DNA of 64,000 nucleotides from an uncultured Acidobacteriota bacterium (GCA_963770895.1 CAVYRF010000001.1:704481-768480); one strand, 5' to 3'; counted from the stretch's first letter, positions 9,483 to 19,101 are shown. The notes: generated from the sequence alone by a model not told the origin. Program-made: numbers and translations.

Positions 9483-10261
9483 GCGCGGCCACCCTGTGCG
9501 ACGACGAGCGCCTCTTCTTCGAGGCCAACGGCTACCTCATGCTGGAAGGCGCCCTGACCGCCGCCGAAGTCGCCCGCCTGCGCCAGGTCACCGACGAAGC
9601 CGAGCAGCGTTTTCACCGCAACCCCGATCTGCCGGGCTCGCGCCTGCCGGAATTCCTTGAGCTCGAAGCCATCATGGAGTATCACCAGCAGCTCTTCGAT
9701 CTCGTCGAGCACCCCCACGTCTTCCCGCGCGTGCGCCAGGTGCTGGGCCCCGACATCGCCGTGATCGATCACGCCTACTACGTCACCCCGCCGGGCGGCG
9801 TCGTCACCGGCAGCGCCTGGCACACCGACCTGGGCAAGCGCATTCACGGCGTCTACAACCCGCGCTCGATCCTGATGGTGCGGGTGATGTACACCCTGGA
9901 CGACGTCGGTCCGAACGACGGCGCCACCCTGGTGCTGCCGGGCTCGCACCGCTTCACCCCCGACGTCGCGGTGCCGCGCGTCGAAGTGCCCGAGCAGATG
10001 CCCGGCAGCGTGCGCCTGACATGCCCGGCCGGCAGCGCCTACCTGTTCAACGGCAACATCCTGCACTGCCCCGGCAACAACCGCGGCACCCGCAACCGCC
10101 GCATGCTGCTCTACAACTACGGCCACCGCTGGATGCGCATGTGGAAAGGCCACGACCCGTCGCCATGGCTGGCCCAGCGCGCCACCACCCCCATGCGCCG
10201 CCAGCTCCTCGGCCTCGGCCGCCACTACTACGGCGCCGACGCCCCCTGCGAACCCGCCTGA
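9479..10261 (+). CDS. PhyH-family dioxygenase, paralog 2
   Basis: 260 aa. It parallels the upstream paralog (ERLFFEANGYLMLEGAL; WHTDLGKR; ILHCPGNN). GTG start at 9479 overlaps the upstream stop (GTGA coupling). Start uncertain. Confidence 0.8.
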   Translation: MSAATLCDDERLFFEANGYLMLEGALTAAEVARLRQVTDEAEQRFHRNPDLPGSRLPEFLELEAIMEYHQQLFDLVEHPHVFPRVRQVLGPDIAVIDHAYYVTPPGGVVTGSAWHTDLGKRIHGVYNPRSILMVRVMYTLDDVGPNDGATLVLPGSHRFTPDVAVPRVEVPEQMPGSVRLTCPAGSAYLFNGNILHCPGNNRGTRNRRMLLYNYGHRWMRMWKGHDPSPWLAQRATTPMRRQLLGLGRHYYGADAPCEPA

Positions 10262-11409
10262 GCGCCGGTCTCCTCGATCGTTGCCGGACGCTTGCCCGCC
10301 CGGTGGTGCAGCAAGCCGGGAAGATCTCCCAGGGGGGAGGGCGGCGTCAGGCGATGGTAGGAGAGGGCCTGGACGCTGTTGCCCAGCCAGCGCGGCCAGG
10401 CGCGGGCCAGGGCGAAGCCGACTTCGGCGGGCCAGGTGGCGAAGCGCCGGCGGTAGAGCACCTGGTCGCGGTCGACGTCCACCACGCGCAGCTCGTTGCG
10501 GTCGGCCAGCGCGAAGGCGTAGATGCCGCCGGCGATCTGCTGCACGTCGTGCAGCCAGCGGGAGCCGACGGCGAAGCGGTGGGCGATGCGGCCGCCGTCG
10601 TCCAGGACGATCAGGGCGCCGGCGGTGCTGTCGGCAAAGTAGAGGCGGCCGGCGTCGTCGAAGCGGGCACCGTGGCAGCCGACGAAGCCGCGGGTGACCT
10701 CCTCGTAGCGCTCGCGCTGCAGGTCGTAGACCCCGATCGCCCCCTGGATCAGGGTCGATACCGCGATCCAGCGCCCGCTCGCGTCGGGAAAGGCGGCGTT
10801 CACGTGCGCCGCCTGCAGCCGGTCCGGGACGTAGTGGCGGCGCAGGTCCAGCTCCGGGGTCAGCGGATAGGCGCGCGGGTAGACCGTCGCCGGCAGCGGC
10901 AGCCGGCGGACGACCGCGGCGGCGGCGTCGTCGACGACCAGCAGGGCGTCCGCCGCCGAGCACGACAGCACGGCGCCGCCGCCGGGCAGCGGCGCCACGG
11001 TGTGCAGGCCCGCCAGGTGCGGGTCTTCGCAGCGGCCGGCGAGCTCCGGGCGGGCCGCCGCCAGGCGCGTCACCAGGGCGGCGGACCGCCGCAGGCGCCA
11101 GCTCTCCAGGTGGTGCTCGCAGCCCACCAGCAGGTGGTGCGCGTCGACGAAAGCGGCGTGCTGGATGCGGACGCGGCTGCGCAGGGCGCCCAGCGGCAGC
11201 ACCCGGACGCGGCCGCCGTCCTCGACCACGCGATACAGGCTGAGGCCGCCGCTGTACAGGTGCGTCGCCGGCGGCAGGCTGGCCGCGGGCGGCGGGCGGC
11301 GCAGGCGGTCCGCATCGCCGAAGCGGCGCTCCAGGAACTGCGGCGAGCAGCGCTCCAGGTTGGTGCGCCGGCTCGAATGGGTCAGGCAGAGCAGCCCCAG
11401 GATGCGCAT
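10228..11409 (-). CDS. hypothetical protein (possible beta-propeller-like)
   Basis: 393-aa ORF with GC3 bias in the coding-like frame and low Arg content relative to spurious frames. No recognisable motifs and no SD. Its 3' end overlaps the PhyH paralog 2 end by 34 nt. Confidence 0.4.
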   Translation of the reverse strand: MRILGLLCLTHSSRRTNLERCSPQFLERRFGDADRLRRPPPAASLPPATHLYSGGLSLYRVVEDGGRVRVLPLGALRSRVRIQHAAFVDAHHLLVGCEHHLESWRLRRSAALVTRLAAARPELAGRCEDPHLAGLHTVAPLPGGGAVLSCSAADALLVVDDAAAAVVRRLPLPATVYPRAYPLTPELDLRRHYVPDRLQAAHVNAAFPDASGRWIAVSTLIQGAIGVYDLQRERYEEVTRGFVGCHGARFDDAGRLYFADSTAGALIVLDDGGRIAHRFAVGSRWLHDVQQIAGGIYAFALADRNELRVVDVDRDQVLYRRRFATWPAEVGFALARAWPRWLGNSVQALSYHRLTPPSPLGDLPGLLHHRAGKRPATIEETGAQAGSQGASAP

Positions 11410-11442
11410 GTGCCGCCGCCGCCGGTGTCTCGCCGCCGCCGT

Positions 11443-13359
11443 TCAGAGCCCGCGGCCGAGCAGGGCGTGGATGCGGTCCAGGTACAGGCCGGCGACCGCC
11501 TCCTGCGAGCACAGCCGCGCCACCTTGCGGCGCAGCGGCGCGCCGACGCCGGGGCCCAGGCGGGCCAGCGCCTGGCGCAGCGATGCGACGTCCGGTTCGC
11601 CGTCGCGGCTGTCGACGAACAGGATCTCGTCGGCGAACACCTGCGGCAGGGCGCCGACGCGGGTGGCGATCACCGGCACCCCCAGCATGCCGGCCTCCAC
11701 GACCACCATCGGAAACCCTTCGCTGGCCGACAGCACGACGACCGCGTCGACGCTGCGCAGCAGCGTGCCGATCGCCATGCCCGGCGGCAGCAGGTGCAAG
11801 CGCTGGGTGGTGCCGTGCGCGGCGGCCAGGGCCGCCAGGCCGGCGCGGGTCTGCTCGGCGGTGTCGATGCCCTGCACGACCAGGTTGCAGTCGAGCTCCG
11901 CCAGGCGCTCGACCAGCCAGGCGGCGCGCTTGAACAGCAGCAGCCTGCCCAGGAAGCCCAGGATCGGGGGATGCCGCGATCGTGCCGTCCGCGCCGCGCC
12001 GCCGGCGAACAGGCGCTGGCCGCTGCCGCGCAGGCGATCGCGTGAGCACGGGTTGGGGATGACCACGGCGTCGTCGATGCGGTCGCGCATCACCGGCGAC
12101 ACGCAGGCGCAGTCGTCGATCACGTGCCGCCAGCGCCGGTGGACGTCGACCTCCTGCTCCTTTTCCGTGTGCACCACGCGCAGCGAGCGCGGCCTGCGGG
12201 TCATCGACGCCAGCGCCCGCGGCACGGCGGGATTGAGCCCGTACCACAGCGCCACGTCCTGGTCCTCCAGGGCCGCCACCAGGTCCTGGCCGGTGGCGGC
12301 CACCGTCGCCGTGCCGAAGCGCGCCACCAGCTCCGGCGCCAGGTCGAAGAGCGGCTGCGGCCGCGCGTCGGCGTTGGGATCGTTGGGATCGCGGCGGGCC
12401 GGCAGCGGCGCGCCGCCCGGCACCTGGTCCAGGACGCAGACGGACACGGCGGCCCGGCGGCGCAAGGCCTCGGCCACCGCGATCATCGCGGTTTCGCCGC
12501 CGCCCAGCTCGCGGTGGGGGAAGACCACGCAGACGCGCGGCCGCGCGTGCCGCCCCCGCCGTCCCTGCCGCAGCGGTGCGAGCGGCGGCCGCTTGGCGCC
12601 GATCCCCGCCTTGCGATGGGCGATGAAGCTCCCCCAGGGGTGGGGACCGCCGGGGTCGAGGTGCACGACGTGGGTGGCGGCCAGGGCGTCGGCGATGCGC
12701 GGCGGATTGAACGGGAAGTGCCATTCGCCGCGAATCCAGCCGACGCGGTGCAGGCGGCCGGCCGCCGCCAGGCGCGCCAGGATCTCGCCCTCCGCGCCCT
12801 CGCAGTCCAGTTTCAACAGGTCGATCTCGGGGTTGCCGTGGCGGTCGAGCAGCTCGATCACGTCCAGCGCATCCACCACCACGGTGGCGGCGGCGCCTTC
12901 GCCGTGCGCCAGCGCCGCGCCCACCTCCTCGACGCGGCTGGCCGCGGCGTTGCCGTCCGCGTTGGCGCCGCCCTGGCGCAGCCGGGTGGTGCGCGCCCCC
13001 GGCCGGCCGAGCACCGCGCCGGCAAACACGCTCACCCCGTCCAGGCCGCCGACGTTGTGCGCCAGCAGGGCGGCGCTTTCGGGGTCCGGCTCGGCGGCGA
13101 TCACCCGCGCCTCGGGCCACAGGCGTTTGACCTTCAGGGTGAAGGCGCCGACGTGGGCGCCGACGTCGAGCACCGTGCGCGGGCGGTCGCCCGCCGCGCA
13201 AAGCGGCGCCAGCTGGTATTCGTCGCCTTCCAGGATGGAGCGCACCACTTCCTCGTCGCAGCGCCGCCCCGGCGGCTGGGCGCGCACCCAGAGCGTGAAG
13301 CCGGCCACTTCGATCGGCGCGGCATCCAGCAACAGGCGGGTGGCGACGACGAGCTGCAA
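11443..13359 (-). CDS. FkbM-family methyltransferase fused to GT4 (group 1) glycosyltransferase
   Basis: 638 aa. N-terminal FkbM/MTase-like region (LDVGAHVGAFTL...AAEPDP) and C-terminal GT-B retaining-type motif (VVLSASEGFPMVVVEAGMLGVPVIATRVGALPQVF). Confidence 0.8.
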   Translation of the reverse strand: MQLVVATRLLLDAAPIEVAGFTLWVRAQPPGRRCDEEVVRSILEGDEYQLAPLCAAGDRPRTVLDVGAHVGAFTLKVKRLWPEARVIAAEPDPESAALLAHNVGGLDGVSVFAGAVLGRPGARTTRLRQGGANADGNAAASRVEEVGAALAHGEGAAATVVVDALDVIELLDRHGNPEIDLLKLDCEGAEGEILARLAAAGRLHRVGWIRGEWHFPFNPPRIADALAATHVVHLDPGGPHPWGSFIAHRKAGIGAKRPPLAPLRQGRRGRHARPRVCVVFPHRELGGGETAMIAVAEALRRRAAVSVCVLDQVPGGAPLPARRDPNDPNADARPQPLFDLAPELVARFGTATVAATGQDLVAALEDQDVALWYGLNPAVPRALASMTRRPRSLRVVHTEKEQEVDVHRRWRHVIDDCACVSPVMRDRIDDAVVIPNPCSRDRLRGSGQRLFAGGAARTARSRHPPILGFLGRLLLFKRAAWLVERLAELDCNLVVQGIDTAEQTRAGLAALAAAHGTTQRLHLLPPGMAIGTLLRSVDAVVVLSASEGFPMVVVEAGMLGVPVIATRVGALPQVFADEILFVDSRDGEPDVASLRQALARLGPGVGAPLRRKVARLCSQEAVAGLYLDRIHALLGRGL

Positions 13360-13431
13360 GCGGCTCCTCCTTGGTCAGGCCCCGGATCGCGTGGGAGGCT
13401 CGGCCGGCATGGTATATTCTCCGCGCTCTTT

Positions 13432-14088
13432 ATGGAAAGCCTCATCAGGGTGCTCCCATCGGCTCCCCTCGCCATCCACCGCCGGAACGCTCGTGCCGGA
13501 GCTCTGGCGATGCTCCTGCTGGCCGCCTCCTGGGCCGGGGCTCCCGCTGGCGCCGCTGGGGCCGCGGCGGTTCCGGTCGTCGCCTCGGGCGACCTGCGCA
13601 TCCCGGACGTGACGCTGCTCGACCAGGACGGCCGGCCGGTGCGGTTCTGGAGCGACCTGGCGCGGGACAAGGTGGTCGCGGTCAGCTTCGTGTTCACCAC
13701 CTGCACCACCATCTGCCTGCCCATCGGCGCCAACTTCGGGCGCCTGCGCAGCCAGTTGGGCCGCCGCGCCGGCGCCGACGTCCAGCTCATCTCGATCAGC
13801 ATCGATCCCGAAGAGGACACGCCCGCCCGCCTCAAGTCCTGGGCCGCCAGGTTCGGCGGCGGACCGGGCTGGACGCTGCTCACCGGCCCGTCGCGGGACG
13901 TCGATCGTCTGCTGCGCGCGCTGCAAGCGTATACTCCCGATTTCCGCAACCACTCGTCGCTGATCTTGGTTGGAAACGCGGCGACGGGAACCTGGCGGCG
14001 GATCTCTGGCCTGGCGCCGGCGGACCAGATCGCCGCGCAGCTCACCAGCCTGGCGGCGCCGCAACGGCCGGTGCCGCCGGCCCCCTGA
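13432..14088 (+). CDS. SCO1/SenC family copper chaperone (thioredoxin fold)
   Basis: 218 aa. CxxxC motif FTTCTTICP, a conserved His-containing C-terminal region, and a Tat/Sec-like N-terminus (HRRNARAGALAMLLLAASWAGA). TATATT -10-like element 15 nt upstream. Confidence 0.8.
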   Translation: MESLIRVLPSAPLAIHRRNARAGALAMLLLAASWAGAPAGAAGAAAVPVVASGDLRIPDVTLLDQDGRPVRFWSDLARDKVVAVSFVFTTCTTICLPIGANFGRLRSQLGRRAGADVQLISISIDPEEDTPARLKSWAARFGGGPGWTLLTGPSRDVDRLLRALQAYTPDFRNHSSLILVGNAATGTWRRISGLAPADQIAAQLTSLAAPQRPVPPAP

Positions 14089-14162
14089 CGTTTTCGGTCT
14101 GGCGCCGGTCTTAGGCTGCCAGCCATCGATTTGAGTGTTCGGAGGTTGAGAAGGAGCTGCAG

Positions 14163-14855
14163 ATGAAGTGTCTCATCCGACCCACGCTGGCGGCGCTCTC
14201 CCGGCGCGCCGGCATCGCCTCGGTGCTGGCCGCGATCGCCGCGACCGCGATGGCCGTGATCGTGCTGACCGTCACCGCCGCACCGCTCGGCGCCGCGGTG
14301 GCCTGGACCGACCACCTGACGACGGCCCCTCCCGAACCGCCGCTCGCCCCGCCCGCCGGCCCCGTCTCGCCGGCCCGCAAGTACTTCTCGGACGTGGAGC
14401 TGGTGGACCAGAACGGCCACACCCAGCACCTGTACAGCGACCTGCTGCAAGGTAAAACGGTCGTCGTCGAAGCCTTCTTCACCACCTGCACCGGCGCCTG
14501 TCCGGTGATGGGGCAGAAGCTGGCCGCCCTGCAGGAATGGCTGGGAGACCGCCTCGGCAAGGACGTCTACCTGCTCTCCTTCTCCGTCGATCCGCAGACC
14601 GACACCCCGGCGCGCCTCAAGCAATACGCCCAGCAGCTGGGCGCCCGGCCAGGCTGGTACTTCCTCACCGGCAAGAAGGAAAACGTCGACTGGGCGCTCT
14701 ACAAGCTCGGCGACTACGTCGAGCAGAAGCAGGATCACTCCAACCTGCTGATCTTCGGCAACGAGCCGACCGGTCTGTGGAAAAAAGTCTTCGGTCTGGC
14801 CCAGTCCGAAGACCTGATCCACTCCCTGGATGCGGTGCTGCACGACCGCGGTTAG
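14163..14855 (+). CDS. SCO1/SenC family copper chaperone, paralog 2 (membrane-anchored)
   Basis: 230 aa. FTTCTGACP CxxxC motif, an N-terminal TM helix and a GGAGGTTGAGAAGGAG RBS. Confidence 0.85.
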   Translation: MKCLIRPTLAALSRRAGIASVLAAIAATAMAVIVLTVTAAPLGAAVAWTDHLTTAPPEPPLAPPAGPVSPARKYFSDVELVDQNGHTQHLYSDLLQGKTVVVEAFFTTCTGACPVMGQKLAALQEWLGDRLGKDVYLLSFSVDPQTDTPARLKQYAQQLGARPGWYFLTGKKENVDWALYKLGDYVEQKQDHSNLLIFGNEPTGLWKKVFGLAQSEDLIHSLDAVLHDRG

Positions 14856-16980
14856 CCGCCGCCACCGCCGCTGCTCACTGCCAGGCGGACTGCAAGCAGT
14901 TGCCTGGCTGTGGCTCCTGGCCGCGGCGCCCTGTCTGGCCCAGGGCGCCGGCGCCCCGCCTGCCGCCCAGGCGGCGATGGTCGCCGCCGGCAAGCAGATC
15001 TACCGCACCGGCCATGACGCCGCCGGCCCCGAGATCATGGCCGTGCTCGGCGGCCAGCAGGGCGCCGAGGTGACCGCCGCGGCGCTCCCCTGCGCCGGCT
15101 GTCACGGCCGCGACGGCAAGGGGCGCCCGGAAGGCGGCGTCACCCCGTCCGATCTGACCTGGGACGCGCTCAGCCGCCCCTACCAGCTCGCCGAGCCCGG
15201 CAGCCGCCGCCACCCGCCTTACGACGAGCGCACCCTCAAGCGGGCCATCACCCTGGGCATCGACGCCGGCGGCCAGGCGCTCCAGGCCGCCATGCCGCGC
15301 TACCGCCTCACCCAGGAGCAGGCCGACCACCTGATCGCCTACATCAAGACCCTGGGGCGCGAGGCCGACCCCGGCGTTACCCCCGACCGCCTGCGCCTCG
15401 GCATCCTGCTGCCGCCCGAGCCCGAAGCCGCCGCCGTGCGCCGCGCCCTGGACGCCGCCGCCGCCCGTCTCAACGCCACCGGCGGCCTCTATGCCCGCCG
15501 TCTCGACCTGCGGTACCTGCCGCCATTGCCGCAGTCTGCCGCCATGCCGGGGCCGGAATCGACCGCTTTGGCGGCGTCGGGGATGGTTGCTTTGTCCAGG
15601 CCGGAGCTGGTTGTAGTGCGGGTGTCGGCGCCGGACGCCTTGTATCGGCCGGAGGGGGCTGCAATGCGGACACCAGCGCCGGCGGCGTTGGATGCGGCTG
15701 ACGCGGAGTCACCGCAGCGGGCTTCCTCGCCAGGGCCGGAGGCTGCAATGCGGGCACTGGGGCCGGCTACTTTGGCGGCGCCGGAGCCGGCTGACGCGGA
15801 GCCTCCGGAGAGGGTTTCCTCGCAAGGTTCCGGGGCGGCCGACCCTCTCGCCTCCGGCTCGGTTGTGCCGCCGGCTTCGCCGGCGCAGTCGGCCGCCTGG
15901 CGCGCCGCGGTCGAGCGGTTCCTGGACGCCGAGCAGCCCTTTGCCCTGGTGGCGTCGGCCGCCGCCGGCGAGGAGGCGGCGCTGGCATCCCTGGCCGCCG
16001 ACCGCGAGCTGCCCGTGGTGGGCGCCCTGACCGGGGCGCCGCCGCCGGCTTCGTCGCTCGATCGCTATGTTTTCTATCTCCAGCCGGGACTTGCCGAGCA
16101 GGCGCGAGCCCTGGTCGAGGCGGTATCCGCCGGCCTGGGCGGCGTGCCGCGCCACGCCGGCCTGCTGATCGCCGCGGCGCAGCCCGAAGCCGTGGCCGCC
16201 GCCGCCCGCGACCAGTTCGACCGCACGCGCGTTCAACCCTGGGCGGCGACCTGTGCGCCGGGAGACCGCCAACTGGCCGCGCGCATCGTCGAAGCGAATC
16301 AGGCCGGCGTCGACGCCCTGGTCTTTATCGGCGGCGCCCAGGACGCGCACGACCTGCTCGCCGGCGCCGACGCCCTGGGCTGGCATCCGCGCGTCTTCCT
16401 GCTGGCGGCCCTCGCCGCCGGCGCCGTCCTGGACGCGCCCGCTGCCTTCGCCGGCCGCCTCTACCTGGCCGCCCCCGGCCTGCCGTCGGATCTCACCGCA
16501 AAAGGCGCCGCGGCGCTGCTCGCCGCCGGCCTCGCACCCCCTTCGGGAGCGCCCGCGGCAGCCGCACCGCCCGACAACCAGGCCCCCGGCACCGCAGCCA
16601 ACAGCGGCCCGGCGGCCCAGAGCCCTACGGCTACCGCTCCGGCGCCCACCGCCCCGGCAACCCGCGGCCCGGCGTCCGGAGCCTCGGCCGGCGCCCCGGC
16701 GACACAGGCCAAGGAGCTGCCGCGCGCTACGCTCTACGAGCGTCAGGCGCTGGCGGCCTTTGCGACCTTCACCGAGGCGCTGACCCACTGCGGCCGCGAC
16801 CTCAGCCGCGACCGCCTGATCGACGCGCTGGAGGGGATGCACGACTTTGACACCGGCCTGACGCCGCTGCTCACCTTCGGCCCCGAGCGGCACCTGGGGG
16901 CGTTGGGCGCCTACGTCGTCGTCTTCGATCCCGCCCGCGGCGGCCTGGCTCCGGCCGGCGGTTGGGTGGCGCCACGTTGA
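14830..16980 (+). CDS. c-type cytochrome fused to a type-I periplasmic binding protein (Leu/Ile/Val-BP-like) domain
   Basis: 716 aa. Signal peptide (AVAWLWLLAAAPCLA). Heme site CAGCHG in the N-terminal roughly 200 aa. A Pro/Ala-rich repeat linker. A C-terminal roughly 330 aa PBP1-like domain. The ATG at 14830 overlaps the Sco paralog 2 end by 26 nt and is the only in-frame start that retains the signal peptide. Confidence 0.75.
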   Translation: MRCCTTAVSRRHRRCSLPGGLQAVAWLWLLAAAPCLAQGAGAPPAAQAAMVAAGKQIYRTGHDAAGPEIMAVLGGQQGAEVTAAALPCAGCHGRDGKGRPEGGVTPSDLTWDALSRPYQLAEPGSRRHPPYDERTLKRAITLGIDAGGQALQAAMPRYRLTQEQADHLIAYIKTLGREADPGVTPDRLRLGILLPPEPEAAAVRRALDAAAARLNATGGLYARRLDLRYLPPLPQSAAMPGPESTALAASGMVALSRPELVVVRVSAPDALYRPEGAAMRTPAPAALDAADAESPQRASSPGPEAAMRALGPATLAAPEPADAEPPERVSSQGSGAADPLASGSVVPPASPAQSAAWRAAVERFLDAEQPFALVASAAAGEEAALASLAADRELPVVGALTGAPPPASSLDRYVFYLQPGLAEQARALVEAVSAGLGGVPRHAGLLIAAAQPEAVAAAARDQFDRTRVQPWAATCAPGDRQLAARIVEANQAGVDALVFIGGAQDAHDLLAGADALGWHPRVFLLAALAAGAVLDAPAAFAGRLYLAAPGLPSDLTAKGAAALLAAGLAPPSGAPAAAAPPDNQAPGTAANSGPAAQSPTATAPAPTAPATRGPASGASAGAPATQAKELPRATLYERQALAAFATFTEALTHCGRDLSRDRLIDALEGMHDFDTGLTPLLTFGPERHLGALGAYVVVFDPARGGLAPAGGWVAPR
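15650..15840 (+). repeat. imperfect ~85-bp tandem duplication encoding the Pro/Ala-rich inter-domain linker of the cytochrome-PBP fusion
   Basis: gctgacgcggag(t/c)c(a/t)ccg...cctcgcca(g/a)gg(c/t)ccgg and ggctgcaatgcgg(a/g)cac each recur twice. Confidence 0.4.
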
Positions 16981-17810
16981 TGGGCGCCGCCCCCGCCAGC
17001 GCCGGCGGGCAGGTCGGCGCTGCCTACGACTCGATCGCCGCGGCATACGATGGCTTGGTCAGCGAAGACGCCTGGATGCGCGAGCGGCTCTGGGCGCACC
17101 ACCTGCGGGTGTTTCCCGCCGGCGCGCGAGTGCTGGACGTGGCCTGTGGCACCGGCCTCGACACCCTGCACCTTGCCGCGCGGGGTCGCCGCCTGACCGG
17201 TGTGGACGCCTCGCCGGGGATGCTGGAAGCGCTGCGCGACAAGGCCGCGGCGCTCGGGCTTGCCGGTCAGGTCGCGGTGCGGGCGGGCGACGCCGGTCAG
17301 CTGGACGATTGGGAACCCGCCAGCTTCGACGGCATCCTGTCGTCTTTCGCGGGCCTCAACACCACCGACCTGTCCGCCTTCGCCGCCGCCGCCGGCCGCC
17401 TGGTACGTCCGCGCGGCCGGGTGGTGATCCACCTGCTCGCGCCGGCCGGCATCTGGGAGCGCCTGCGCCTCGCCGCCGCCGGGAGCCCCGGCGCCGCGCT
17501 GCGCCTCGGCCGCCGCCGCCAGCTCACGGTCACCATCGCCGGAAGCGCCGTGACGCACCACCTGCTGCCCGCCGGAGACCTCTATCGCCGCCACTTCCAC
17601 GCCGCCTTCCACCTGCGCCGCTGGTACGGCCTGGGCTGGCTCTGGCCGCGCCAGTTCGGCGCCCGGCTAGGCCCCCGCACCGCCCGGGTGCTGGGCGGGC
17701 TGGACGCCGCCCTGGGCCGCTATGAACCCTGGCGCCGCTGCGCCCGCTTCCTCGTTCTCGACCTGGAGCGCCGCGACGACCAGGCCGGCCCCATCGAACG
17801 GCACGGTTGA
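16980..17810 (+). CDS. class I SAM-dependent methyltransferase
   Basis: Motif I VLDVACGTGLDTLHLA. Its ATG overlaps the upstream stop (TGATG). In frame with ORF-track entry 16962..17810. Confidence 0.75.
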   Translation: MGAAPASAGGQVGAAYDSIAAAYDGLVSEDAWMRERLWAHHLRVFPAGARVLDVACGTGLDTLHLAARGRRLTGVDASPGMLEALRDKAAALGLAGQVAVRAGDAGQLDDWEPASFDGILSSFAGLNTTDLSAFAAAAGRLVRPRGRVVIHLLAPAGIWERLRLAAAGSPGAALRLGRRRQLTVTIAGSAVTHHLLPAGDLYRRHFHAAFHLRRWYGLGWLWPRQFGARLGPRTARVLGGLDAALGRYEPWRRCARFLVLDLERRDDQAGPIERHG

Positions 17811-17895
17811 GCCGGCCGGGCAGCCGCACCCCAATTCCCGCGGCGCCCCCGAAACCTCCCTGGTGGCGGCCCCGTAGGGTTCGGCACGGGCGGAG

Positions 17896-18837
17896 ATGTA
17901 CTCGCGGAGAGGGCGCATGCGCAAGCTGTTGGCGGTGCTGTTGGAGCTGGCGATCGGACTGATCGTCGTGGCGGTGTTGTTCGTCGACGTGCGGGTCCTG
18001 CTGCAAAGCCCAACGTTGATCTATCTGTTCCTGCCGGTCGTCTGCGTGATCACTCTTGGCGTGGGCGCCTGGCGCGGCCGCACCAGCCCGCTCGCTGGTT
18101 GGCAGGTGGTGGCGCTGATCAACCTGCCGACGCTGGTGATCGTTGCTGCGACCGCGGGACGCGCCTGGCTGCAACTGCTCGCGTTGCCGGTTCTAGGGGC
18201 GGCGTGTACCGGTCTGGGATTGGCCGTGGCGCGCGGCCCGGCGGCCCGGCGACCGTGGCGGGCCGTGGTGCCGCTTTTGGCCATCGTGCTGGTTGCCTTG
18301 GGAGCCCTGGGCCCGCGGTTCGCCCGATCGCTGGTGTTCAGCGACGAGCAGCGCCAGCCCGCCGTCGCGTTCCGCTTCACCGACCTGGGCACCGGCGCGG
18401 TCGTCGGTGCGGAGCAGCTGCGCGGCCGCGTCGTGGTGATCGACTTCTGGGCCACCTGGTGCGTGCCCTGCCAGCACGAGCTGCCCGAGCTGGACCGTAT
18501 TGCGCAGCGCTTTGCGGGCGACCGCCGGGTGGCGTTCTACGCCGTGGACGTCCCGATGACCGACACGCCGAACGACCAGGGCGACACTCCCGAGCGGGCG
18601 CGGGCACTGTTCGGCCGCCGCGGGTTTCGCCTGCCGCTCGGTTTCGACGCCGGCGGCAGCGCGGCCGTCGCGCTGCACGCCCACGGCCTGCCGACGCTCA
18701 TCATCCTGGATCGTACAGGCCAGATGCGGCTGCGCCGCGTGGGCTACACCGGTGCCGAGGACCTCGGCGCAATCCTGGACGCCACCCTCGGGAAGCTCCT
18801 GGCCGAAGGCGCCGCGACCCCGCCGAGCCCCTCCTGA
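17896..18837 (+). CDS. membrane-anchored TlpA/ResA-like thiol:disulfide oxidoreductase
   Basis: 313 aa. Four predicted N-terminal TM helices, then a thioredoxin domain with WCVPC (FWATWCVPCQHELPEL). Confidence 0.8.
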   Translation: MYSRRGRMRKLLAVLLELAIGLIVVAVLFVDVRVLLQSPTLIYLFLPVVCVITLGVGAWRGRTSPLAGWQVVALINLPTLVIVAATAGRAWLQLLALPVLGAACTGLGLAVARGPAARRPWRAVVPLLAIVLVALGALGPRFARSLVFSDEQRQPAVAFRFTDLGTGAVVGAEQLRGRVVVIDFWATWCVPCQHELPELDRIAQRFAGDRRVAFYAVDVPMTDTPNDQGDTPERARALFGRRGFRLPLGFDAGGSAAVALHAHGLPTLIILDRTGQMRLRRVGYTGAEDLGAILDATLGKLLAEGAATPPSPS

Positions 18838-18886
18838 AGAGCGGCCCCACCGCCTTGCCGCGCCGGAGCCAGGGAGGCGCGCCAAG

Positions 18887-18920
18887 TTGAACGATGTTGG
18901 CTTTTTGATATGTTGTAATT
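18887..18920 (+). promoter_or_regulatory. putative sigma70-type promoter of the microgene
   Basis: TTGAAC (18887-18892), 16 nt spacer, TATGTT (18909-18914). TGTAAT immediately follows. AT-rich island in a 70% GC background. Confidence 0.4.
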
Positions 18921-18955
18921 GCGGTCAATGTACCAACGGCCCAAGGAGGGCTCCG

Positions 18956-19084
18956 ATGAAGAAAACGCTGATCAAGATTCGTCGTGAGACGCTGATCCCA
19001 CTCGAGGATCAATCCACTTGGCGCATCGCGGTGGTGGGCGCGACGGGCAAGTGCCCTTCCATCAACATCGGGTGCAATCAGTAA
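18956..19084 (+). CDS. 42-aa Cys-containing small protein/peptide (MKKTLIKIRRETLIPLEDQSTWRIAVVGATGKCPSINIGCNQ)
   Basis: Consensus RBS AAGGAGGG 5 nt before the ATG. Its own promoter-like island lies upstream and a hairpin 18 nt downstream. It is only the in-frame tail of the 110-aa ORF-track entry 18752..19084. Confidence 0.5.
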   Translation: MKKTLIKIRRETLIPLEDQSTWRIAVVGATGKCPSINIGCNQ

Positions 19085-19101
19085 AGCCCGAATCGGTATC
19101 G

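Noticed and set aside
9419-13201. 1260-aa minus-strand ORF
   Set aside because: It spans three real genes in wrong frames or antisense. Arg/Gly/Pro content is over 50%.
13134-14993. 619-aa minus-strand ORF overlapping both Sco genes
   Set aside because: Antisense artefact with no motifs.
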